A stretch of DNA of 64,000 nucleotides, taken from assembly GCA_965279035.1 (NCBI GenBank), contig OZ257142.1:3648001-3712000 (forward strand), in the 5' to 3' direction. The stretch comes from Bacteroidia bacterium (lineage in GTDB: Bacteria > Bacteroidota > Bacteroidia > M30B66). The notes under the pieces were generated by a model. It worked only from the letters and a program-made list of their open reading frames with translations, was not told the DNA's origin and did no database searches. A program made the translations under genes and the position numbers. Every line of letters starts with the position of its first letter. Position 1 is the stretch's first letter. Shown one piece after another: positions 52,001-60,900 of the stretch.

Positions 52001-52426
52001 AAATGTACCGCCATTTAACAAGAATCGATTACCAGTATACTGCACATTCGCATTGAATGTCGTATTCGTAAACGTTACCGATGCACCTGTCATGAGCAGT
52101 GTTCCATTGGTCACAGTTCCTCCATTAAAGAGACAGGTACCGGTAACAGTCATAGTGAAACCAGCCATATTCAGAGTCCCGTTTGTGAGGGTTAGGTTCT
52201 GAATGCCTGGATTTTCTTCCCAAACAGGCTGATTGGTAGCAGCACTGTTTATCGTTACATTGTCTAAAGTTCCCGGTACCCCTGCCGGTGTCCAATTAGA
52301 CGGATTGCCCCATTCTGTAGAAATCGCACCATTCCAAGAGTAATTCGTAGCATGAGCCACTGAAATACCTCCGAAGAAAAATGCAAAGACAAAAAAGAGC
52401 ACATGAATCTGGTAGATTTTTTTCAT
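46055..52426 (-). CDS. Large repetitive T9SS type A surface protein (probable beta-solenoid adhesin)
   Basis: Signal peptide; about nine ~170-aa T/G/N/F-rich repeats; 'NPLPVELLSFKA' domain and 'LQVFPNPF...PGVY' CTD. Confidence 0.88.
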   Translation of the reverse strand: MKKIYQIHVLFFVFAFFFGGISVAHATNYSWNGAISTEWGNPSNWTPAGVPGTLDNVTINSAATNQPVWEENPGIQNLTLTNGTLNMAGFTMTVTGTCLFNGGTVTNGTLLMTGASVTFTNTTFNANVQYTGNRFLLNGGTFNGTVNLSKTGGTNDICNGGCTFNSSVVLSNSTAFYIYLENTTASTYNQTLNLRALGNGVIYAARTAAGTHYNGNVTVNSTGTGGVRFGQNGGTSTLASGKTMVVGADGFTNGELDIRGLTQSGTAQITLTGTASGRVRFEQNSTFTGKVTCTFPFVHLSGSTFNDTLRVTKNGNGNIAGNGGCTFNAPVYIVKTNSGNIQFAAVTPDIFNYDLYLDDNSGTGTISMAYTAAANQFNGNIYVNMNSAGINFGANGGTSTLASGKTIQLWNDGCTAGTLGFRYFTQLGTTPITITQTTGSAIFAFQLNAVFNAPITLQFPNITFQSSTFNNSITATKMSATAVTSVGGNTFNGDFTFNLNGNGAVTMSSTLPDIFNGSVYLDNNATSAALNMSATGTGSQINGNLYLNNSSTGGIGFGTTAGTTSISGTSTIAFYNDGFTAGTLNLKGVTRLGSDGISLTQASGSATIGFLQGTIINGPVALTFPNINLDRTTFNGSFTYTKGAATANTCAGGCTFNGNITFTNPVAGQIALGNTYADIFNGTTTITQTGNAIFYLAHTAVGNQFNGNLILNSSGSGQGIRFGQNNGRSTLADSYSISAGVSGLSTGSTILRYFVQTGTTAQTIAQTSGTALFQIETGCQFNGPVNFNFPQLIVNNTTFNNSATLRKNGASTNAWSGSIVFGGTTSITNEGSGALQLATTTANTFSAITTLSSLGAGGIYASHTGAGNVFNDDVYINSTNATGGIYFGQGGGTTSLISGKKIQIGTDGFTAGTLRFRNFTQLGTSIHSFTSAGATTSIYFETGSTFNAAVSVNFPQIFLNGTSFANSLSLTQTGAAAVTSAGGCTFTGAVTLTNSGTATWTLANTSADIFQSTLDVVASGVNSLIQLAQTGAGNQFNGNVVISSYNGSGGIRFGNNNGTSTLAATKTISVGVGGFSAGSLRIRNLTQVGTTAQAITITGASGTMYLETGNTFNGPVTFIAPQLYLNGTTYANTAYLEQTSTFSINSNGGNTFGAATTLVNSGTGTWLFSNVSPDVFNGTLLARNNSSGLMHLAYNGALNQFNGNVTFESTGTSQGIRIGQNTGTARIGAGVGFTSTAIGFTAGALRIRNTTQLGSAAHSLTLGGTTASLYFETGNTLTGTVTAVAPLVFLNGTTFAAGSFTQNGPTAVTCNGGNTFGGATTLINSGTAQWTLANSTSDIFSSTLLVRNTGSNLIQLAFNGVLTQFNGACTFESSGSSQGIRIGQGTGTAQIGASANFTCTAVGFPVGSLYIRNTSQLGTTAHSLAIGGTTNALYFQTGNTFTGAMTVVAPQIYLNGTTFAAGTFTQNGATAITCNGGNTFNGATTFNLTGAANWTQSNTTVDTYNSTLALNVSGNTAILYMANNGVGTTFNGTITMTSTGTAGGIRFGQGANGSSVLAGTASLAFGGGGFVSGSLRFRRFVQTGTAAITLSNATNGVSAYMETGTSFAGTLNLNFNQFFLNGGTFNGTTTLQNNGSATVGCLGGNVFNGTTTLNSTGSGEWRQATTTTDDYNGNVTFLSTSATKLYPAYSMPVTFAGNVTSVGSTTLITYTLAGSATGKLVFDGAANQTFSADAAKLPVVVNLELAKTVGTTLTPNFSLSITRALILTTGTMTTTSSNLLVLNSGVTATGASNNSYINGPIRKIGNTAFTFPVGKVGYYRPIQIAAPAVATDHFTAEYFMSNSNATYSHSSKDASINHISTNEYWILNRTGGSSNVIVTLSWDTYVSGGVTSSSDLKVVRWNGTQWKDHGNGGIVGQTIGTSGAVTSFSPFTMGSSNTQNPLPVELLSFKADAVKDHVELDWTTASESNNHFFTVERSADLISFEEVARVDGSGNSNALKSYQALDMKPIHGISYYRLVQTDFDGARRIYNPQMVQFNTAAEHELQVFPNPFEESFTLQLPGAEAGIYQMSITDAAGNLVGSATVKHTDLAGFEISLKDRMPGVYTIQVFSPKINLVKRIVKR

Positions 52427-52877
52427 GATGCTTTGGTAGATTTGAATTGCATGGCAAAGATGGGTTCAGCTACCTAGGTAGTACACCTCAGAGAGCGTAG
52501 GCTCTTTCAGATGTAAGAACTTACGAATTCCAACTACCGTTAAATCACGTGATTTTAGACTAAATTAGTTTTTTATATATTTGATTATGTGGAACATAGA
52601 AACATATTTCATTTTAGTAAATTCTACAATTAGCTTAAAAAAATTAAGTAAGAAATCTTGGCTATTTATAAAATTGACTGAATAGCTCTAGCTTAAAGTG
52701 GAGATCGTCTAAAAATCTTACAAGGGACATTTGGAGTTTGGAGGAAAATTCTTCCCAAATAGTTTGAAGAGGGTGAAAAAACGGTAGTTAAAAAGAAACT
52801 ATGTAAGAATTGCATAGAACGCTTAATCAATCAAATACAAGAATGAGTTAAATTAGCGTTGTTAGGAAAAACTAATT

Positions 52878-53387
52878 ATGTATTACCATCCCGAAGAAGA
52901 AGAAGTGCTGCCTTTTTTCAAAGCAATTCGCTGGATTGCTTTAGGGAGTTTGTTATTTGCTTCATGTTTATTGGTCGATTTTTTCTTGCCCGAACAATGT
53001 AAAGAGGAGGTTGTCACAAAACGGGTTTATTTGAAAGAGAGCAATCGCTTTGGAGGCAATACATACGAATTGAAGTTGTTCACTCCAAGATTTGAAATCC
53101 AAGTCAATCCTGATTTATTTAGGGATGCACCTGAAAAAACTCCAATTAAAGTTTACCACTCTCCATTATTTAATACGATTAAAAAAGTAGGAGGTATAAA
53201 GTCTCCAGGAGGTGAAAAATTTTTACATGAAACAGAACTTCCCGTATATAGAGGCTTTGCTGCTTTTCCAATTGCTTTGTTGCTCCTTTCCTTCTTTACA
53301 CTTATTTATAAGAAAGACGAGGTTATTTCCTACGGAGCAGGAATTATTACTATAATTATTCTGGTTACTATTCTAATGATATTTTAA
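52878..53387 (+). CDS. Hypothetical membrane protein
   Basis: 169-aa ORF with one N-terminal and two C-terminal hydrophobic helices. Confidence 0.65.
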   Translation: MYYHPEEEEVLPFFKAIRWIALGSLLFASCLLVDFFLPEQCKEEVVTKRVYLKESNRFGGNTYELKLFTPRFEIQVNPDLFRDAPEKTPIKVYHSPLFNTIKKVGGIKSPGGEKFLHETELPVYRGFAAFPIALLLLSFFTLIYKKDEVISYGAGIITIIILVTILMIF

Positions 53388-53419
53388 AAATAAACCATGT
53401 GCTGGTTTACATTTGCAGC

Positions 53420-54031
53420 ATGCTTCGTTATCTCGCTAATTTTTTTTCTTGGGTATTTCAACCACTGCTTATGCCCATTTACGGAGCATTGCTTTTTTTA
53501 AGCCTTCCCTTTTATGCATTTACTATGCTCTCAGAACAGGTGAAGCTATATGTTATCTCATGCAATATCTTGTTTACGTTTATTATGCCCATCACACTCA
53601 TATTACTTATGTATCGTATGGGAATGATTACTTCTTTGCAATTGGAGAAAAGGGAAGAAAGAAAATACCCACTCATTTTTAGCTCCGTGTTTTATATTGC
53701 TAATTATTATTTCTTGAGTAAAGTTCACCTTCCAGCCCCTTACTTATTTTTTCTTTTGGCTGGATTATTTTCATTGATGCTCACTTTGGTTATTACTTAT
53801 TATTGGAAAATCTCTATGCACATGACTGGCATTGGAGGTTTATGTGGAGCTTTTTTATTGCTGAGTATAGTTTGGCCTATAGATATAAGATTGTTATTAG
53901 CAGTATTATTCTTAATTGCAGGAATAACAGGCACTTCGCGACTTTTATTACAAGCGCATACACCATCTCAATTAGCTGCTGGTTTCGCGGCTGGAATTCT
54001 CCCTCAACTTTCATTGTTGCTTTTGGTGTGA
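53420..54031 (+). CDS. PAP2-like integral membrane protein
   Basis: 'SWVFQPLLMP', 'WKISMHM.G.GG' and 'SRL.L.AHT..QL..GF' motifs; start moved to the ATG at 53420. Confidence 0.75.
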   Translation: MLRYLANFFSWVFQPLLMPIYGALLFLSLPFYAFTMLSEQVKLYVISCNILFTFIMPITLILLMYRMGMITSLQLEKREERKYPLIFSSVFYIANYYFLSKVHLPAPYLFFLLAGLFSLMLTLVITYYWKISMHMTGIGGLCGAFLLLSIVWPIDIRLLLAVLFLIAGITGTSRLLLQAHTPSQLAAGFAAGILPQLSLLLLV

Positions 54032-54088
54032 TGTGATTTTTTTTATTTTATCAACATCAGGCTCCTGTTCAGTTTCGTTCGAAATCTT

Positions 54089-54109
54089 CATTTAGAATGA
54101 TTCCAAATG
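54089..54109. promoter_or_regulatory. Candidate Fur-like box (CATTTAGAATGATTCCAAATG)
   Basis: 21-bp near-perfect palindrome upstream of the giant-adhesin operon. Confidence 0.45.
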
Positions 54110-54206
54110 TTAATAAGTGATTAAAATATATAGGGAATTTTTGTATGTTGCACGCTGTTGGGCAATTCTAAACAGAAACAATTCTTGACGCTAAGAATTT
54201 TCGCTG

Positions 54207-54953
54207 TTGATAATTTCACCCTCTAGACATAAATTCGTGTATTCAACCAACACTTTTATGGCAGAATTGCTGCGTAGACTTTTTATTATTTATACATATA
54301 AGTATAAATCAAATTTCTATTTCAATATCCCTCAAAACCGTAATAATTTAGGTCTTGATATCGTCAACAATTTGATTAAAAAAGTAATTCATCAGTTCTC
54401 TAACTGGCTTCGAGTTCATCGCATTTTTGAAAAGTCACTCTTTGTTTTTTATCCTGTATTACCTCTTAAAAAAAAGCAAATTGCCTTTACTCTGAGCATA
54501 CTGGCATTTACACTGAATGGTATAAGTCAGGATAATCATCCTCGTATTCAACGTAAAGAAGACTGGCCAAAATTCTGGATTGTAGGTGTTTCTGATGCTG
54601 GATTTCCGGTTCTAACAAATCAGTTTGACGAAAACAGCATGACCGAATACGGGAAACAAATTCTGAATTGGATCGATTCCCATCCTGAGCAATATGCTAA
54701 GTTAAGTCAAGACACGAATGCAATCGATGCGATCCGATATCGTGATGTGTATGCATTTAAGCCAGAGCAGAAAGCACAATTCAAAGAGATTAGTGCTCGA
54801 TTTCGATTAGCCTTAGAATTTCAGAAAAATCGATATTTCACTTCAAGTCCTAACCAAGAAGCGAAGAAACATGTGAAGCCTAAAACAAGGCCTGCAGTTT
54901 ATCTCATTTCTCAATACGACCTTCTTTACTGGAGAAAGCAAACCGGACTTTGA
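54207..54953 (+). CDS. Hypothetical exported protein (true start probably downstream of 54207)
   Basis: Internal signal-peptide-like 'KKKQIAFTLSILAFTLNGISQ'; its stop overlaps the next start (TTGA). Confidence 0.55.
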   Translation: MIISPSRHKFVYSTNTFMAELLRRLFIIYTYKYKSNFYFNIPQNRNNLGLDIVNNLIKKVIHQFSNWLRVHRIFEKSLFVFYPVLPLKKKQIAFTLSILAFTLNGISQDNHPRIQRKEDWPKFWIVGVSDAGFPVLTNQFDENSMTEYGKQILNWIDSHPEQYAKLSQDTNAIDAIRYRDVYAFKPEQKAQFKEISARFRLALEFQKNRYFTSSPNQEAKKHVKPKTRPAVYLISQYDLLYWRKQTGL

Positions 54954-57900
54954 AAAACACTATCAAATACCTAGTATTCATGCTGATCTGGCTTTTCTTC
55001 CAAGAAGCCCAAGGTCAGACGTATACTATGGGAACAGGGAGCAACAGTAATTCTGTAACAACATGTAGTGGTACTTTTTACGACAATGGAGGTTCTGGTG
55101 CCAACTATGCAAATAATTGTAGTTCAACCTATACCTTTTGCAGCAATGTTCCCGGGCAATGCATCATGGTCAATTTCACGCAATTCAATGTGAGTGATTT
55201 TGATTTTTTTGGATTTCCATACGATTATTTAACTGTATATGATGGGCCAAGTACCGCTTCTCCCTATATGTTCGATATTAGTGGTGGTCCATTTCCTGCT
55301 CCATTTCCAGTTGCATCTTCATCAGGATGTTTAACATTTGAATTCACTTCTGATGCTTCAAATCGTTCTCCAGGATGGACTGGATTATTAACCTGTCAAC
55401 CTTGTCCAATTCCGGTTTCTCCTACCCAACAAGATTGTGATGGAGCTATCCCCATTTGCGAAGAGCAATATTATCAACCCTATGCCTATACAGGAAATAA
55501 TGGAACCGATATATTGCCTGCATCTTCTTGCTTATTAGATGGAGAATTAAATAATTCCTGGTATGTATTTACCGCTCAAACGAGTGGAAATCTATCGTTT
55601 GTCATTTCTCCCAATTTTAGCGACGACGATTACGATTGGGCGGTTTATGATATAACTAATGAAGGATGCGAAGGGATTACTGATGAATCAAGTCCAGAGA
55701 TAAGTTGTAATTTTTCTGCTGATGTTTTTGCATGGGCGGGGCAAACAGGAGCATACGGTGCGGCACCTTATTTAGGAACAGGTACAAGTACTGGTTCTGG
55801 AGGTGATCCATTTAATACCGATATCCCTGTAATTGCAGGCAATTCATACGTAATTGTTGTTAGTAATTACAGTTCTTCACAAGGAGGATATTATTTAGAT
55901 CTTTCGCCATCAACAGCCATACTTTTCGATAATACACCACCTTTAATTGCCGAAGTGGATGAAGTATCCTGTGGAGCTACTATCGTTGAAATTACTTTTT
56001 CAGAACCAACATTATGTAGTAGTATTCAAACAGGAGACTTCCAACTAAATGGTCCTGGTGGTCCTTATACAGTTACAGCAATCGATCTAGGATCATGCAC
56101 TGGTTCAGGTGTAGAATTTACACAATCGGCCGAATTAACTATAAGTCCAGCAATTACCCAAAGTGGAACCTATACACTTTGTTTAACGAGTGCTGCAGGT
56201 GGAATTAGCGATTTATGCGGAAATACAAGTACAAGCGGATGTGTTTCAGTTAGTACTTCGATAACAGTAACGGCCAATGCTGGTCCCGATAAAACAATCT
56301 GCTCAGCAGGTGCTGTAACAATAGGAGGAAGTCCAACAGCCAGCAATGGAACAGGACCATATACTTATGTTTGGTCACCATTAACAGGAATTGTATCAGG
56401 AAGTACAAGCGCCAATCCGAGTGTAAATCCTTCAATCACTACAACCTACACAGTTTTAGTTACAGACAATACAGGATGTTCTGCATCGGATGATGTGAAT
56501 GTTATTGTTTCAAATGCTGCTGCAACAAATATATCTTATACAGGCTCTCCGTTTTGTACAGCAGTTAGTACAGCTCAACTACCAACCATTTCTGGAACAA
56601 CAGGTGGGACATTTTCTGCAAGTCCATCAGGTTTAACAATCAATTCAAGTACAGGAGCAATTACCCCATCAACGAGTACAGCCAATACCTATACAATAAC
56701 TTATTCTGTTGCAGCAGCGGGGGCATGTCCGGCATTTTCGGTAACTACATCTGTTACCATTAATACTTCTGTTGCTACAAGTATATCCTATACAGGCGCA
56801 CCATTTTGCACCTCATTAGGAACAGCTCAATTACCTACAATTGTTGGGACAACTGGCGGAACATTTTCTTCAAGTCCTTCGGGTTTAACTATAAACTCAA
56901 GTACAGGAGCAATTACTCCATCAACAAGTTCAGCTAACGCATATACAATTACCTATACTGTACCTGCTTCTGGTGCCTGTCCATCGTATACAGTTACTAC
57001 TTCTGTTACAATCAATACAGCGGCATCTGCTAGCATTTCATATGCTGGCTCTCCGTATTGTACATCTGTTGTCACAGCTCAATTACCAACAATAACAGGC
57101 ACAACTGGCGGAACTTTTTCTTCAAGCCCATCTGGTTTATCTATAAATGCGAGTACTGGAGCAATCACACCATCTACAAGTACAGCTAATACTTACACAA
57201 TAACTTATACGATAGCAGCAGCTGGAGCATGTCCTGCATTTACAACTACGACCTCAGTAACAATTAATACTTCAACAACACCAACGTTTACAATTCCTAC
57301 AACATTATGTTCAGGAAATACCGCTCCCTTATTACCTGGAACATCAACAAATGGAATATCGGGAACTTGGAGTCCTTCAACAGTAAGTAATACTATTTCG
57401 GGAACCTATGTTTTTACCCCTTCATCGGGAACATGTGTCAATACATACAGCATCACAATTACTGTATTTGAAAGACCAGTAATTTATGCTCATGGAGTAG
57501 ATCCAACGTGTTCATCGCTTTGTGATGGATCAGCTACAGTAGATGTGGTTGGTGGAACAGGTTCTTACTCCTATTTGTGGAATACTACAGCTGCAACACA
57601 ATCTATTTCGGCATTATGTGCAGGAACCTATTCGGTAATTGTTACAGATGCCAATGGCTGTACATCAACTGCTTTTACTCCCGCTTCGGCTTGTTTCCAA
57701 ATTCAGGGAATCCTAGTTAATTCTTGTTCCTCAACGGAATGGAATGAGGAGATGGTATTTTTCCAAGTTGGTTCATCACCACTTAATACGAGTGCTTTAA
57801 CAGTCACATGGCCAACTTTAGCTGATAGTTGGAGAGGATTGTGTACGAATCCAACCTATATAGCAGCAGTAAATGCAACAATTACGGGTGGAGGAGTTGT

Positions 57901-60900
57901 TTTACCAATGCCTGGAACAGGAATATTACCTGCAAATGCTAACGTTGTTTTAGTTACTGAAAACGTTTTAAATGCACCTATTGCGGATTATTCCAATTTG
58001 AGCGGTCCACTATACATGATCTTTCAATGTTCGGGAAATACGCAAGGTCAATTTGTTAATTCAGGTGCTGGTACGTCCAATCCTCTCATTTTAAACTTCG
58101 GCTCAGGCTGTAGTGAATCAATTACTTACGCACCAAATTCACTGCCCAATTATAGCGGAAGTGGTGATGGTGGCTATGCACTTTATTCCTCCAATGGAAC
58201 AGCTACTTATTTAAACTATGGTTGTTCGATTCCTTATACTATTCAATCGGATGATATAACCTTAGTAGCACCTCCTCCTGTTCCAGTTGCTGTTACACCT
58301 GCTACCACTACCATTTGTTCTGGAGGAAATGTAAGTTTAACTGCATCTGGCGCCACTACATATACTTGGGCTCCATCAACCAATTTGTCGGCAACTACTG
58401 GAGCGACTGTAACTGCTAGTCCAACCGGAACAATTACATATACCGCTACAGGTACTTTAGCTGGATGTACTGGTACTGCAACAGCTATCGTTACAGTTGT
58501 AGCACCCGCAAATGCTGGATCAAATGGGCTAAAAGCTGTTTGTTCTAACGGAAGTGCTGTTGATCTTTTCAATTCACTCGGAGGAACACCTGCAACAGGA
58601 GGAACTTGGACCGGACCATCTTCTTTAGGAAACGCTTACCTTGGAACTTTCACTCCAGGAACAAGCTTAGCTGGAGTTTATACCTATACTGTAACAGGGA
58701 CTTCTCCATGTGCCAATGCAAGCGCTACTGTTACAGTTAGCCAAACTACAGAAGCAAATGCTACAATATCCTATCCTGGAGCACCTTATTGTAAAAGCAT
58801 TTCAACTGGACAAGTCCCAACCATTTCTGGCAGCACTGGCGGCACTTTTAGCTCAAGTCCTGCTGGTTTAACTTTGAATACCGTACTTGGAACAGTAACA
58901 CCTTCAAGTAGTACAGCTGGTACTTATACTGTAACATATACCATTGCTGCATCTGGTGCTTGTCCTGCATTTTCGACAATTGAAAGCTTGACCATTAATG
59001 CACTACCAGCTACACCTACGCTAACACCTAATCCACCTTGTGCCGGACAAGCCGTAACCTTTACTGCAGGAAACGGTTCTTGGTATGAATTTACTTTAAA
59101 CGGAACTCAAGTACTTGCTCCATCGGCTACGAATACATATTCAATCCCAATCCTTGTTTCTGGTGATCAAATTTGTGTAAACTCTTACCCAACTCCACCT
59201 TTTATTTTAGATGGAAATATCATTGAACCACAATGGGGAACAGCCTATGCTACTTCTGCTGGAGGTCCTGCTAGTAGTGGATTTGGGGCAGGAAATAATC
59301 TAGATGCGCTTTTCTTAAGTAATATGAGTGGCAATTTTTATGGAGCAATTGCCAGTTCTGTAGTAAACAACACAAACAATCGCGTTTTACTCTTTATAGA
59401 TTGTGAAGCGGGAGGGTATAATAGCCTTGCTGGTTGGACTGTTAGAACAAATTCACCTTATTATTCTGTTGAAAATTTAAGTAGTTCCATTTCTTTCGAT
59501 GCTGGTTTCAGCCCTGATTATGTATTAGCGATGAATCAGGCGACTGGGGATGCATTTTTCGATTTGTATCATATGTCGACCAATGTGAATAATTTCCTCG
59601 GACAAGCAAGCACATCGACCCAACTTGGATATGTGAGTAATACAAGTGTAGGAGATTATACCAAAGGGTTTGAATTTGCTTTTCCTTTATCAGCCATTGG
59701 AAATCCAACAGGAACAATGAAGCTATTTGCCATGATAGTAAATGATCCTGGCTTTGGAGTTCCAACCTTTGTAAGTAATCAATTTCTAACACACTGTGGA
59801 AGTGCTGAAAGTAATTATGGAAATGGTTTTATTGATTTTAATTCTGCTACTCCCAATCCTATAAATTATCAACTCAGTGCAGATTGCTTTTCGACTACAT
59901 GTGTAACTGCAGGTTCTCCTGTAACACCAACGTTTACAGCTGTTGCTCCAATATGTTCGGGAGCTAGTTTATCGGCTTTGCCAACTACTTCCAACAATGG
60001 TATTACTGGAACTTGGGCACCTGCATTGGATAATACAACAACAACACTTTACACATTCACGCCTTCGGCTGGACAATGTGCCACTTCAGCAACATTAACC
60101 ATCACCGTAAATCCGAATGTAACACCAACGTTCACAGCTATTGCACCTATTTGTTCGGGAGCTAGTTTATCGGCTTTGCCAACCACTTCGAACAATGGTA
60201 TCACCGGAACATGGGCACCGGCTCTTAGTAACACAACAACAACGCTTTATACATTCACGCCTGCTGCTGGGCAATGTGCAACGTCAGCAACATTAACCAT
60301 CACAGTCACACCGAATGTAACACCAACATTCACGGCTGTTGCTCCTATTTGTTCGGGAGGAAGTCTTTCGGCTTTGCCAACCACTTCCAACAATGGAATT
60401 ACCGGAACTTGGTCGCCTGCATTGGATAATACAACAACAACGCTTTACACATTCACGCCTTCGGCTGGACAATGTGCCACTTCAGCAACATTAACCATCA
60501 CCGTAAATCCGAATGTAACTCCAACGTTCACGGCTGTTTCTCCAATATGTTCGGGAGCTAGTTTATCTGCTTTGCCAACCACTTCCAACAATGGTATCAC
60601 CGGAACATGGACGCCAGCATTGGATAACACAACAACAACGCTTTACACATTCACGCCTGCTGCTGGACAATGTGCCACTTCAGCAACATTAACCATTACA
60701 GTAAATCCGAATGTAACACCAACATTCACCGCTGTTGCTCCGATTTGTTCGGGAGGAAGCCTATCGGCTTTGCCAACTACTTCCAACAATGGTATCACCG
60801 GAACTTGGGCACCTGCATTGGATAATACAACAACAACGCTATACACATTCACGCCTTCGGCTGGACAATGTGCCACTTCAGCAACATTAACCATCACAGT

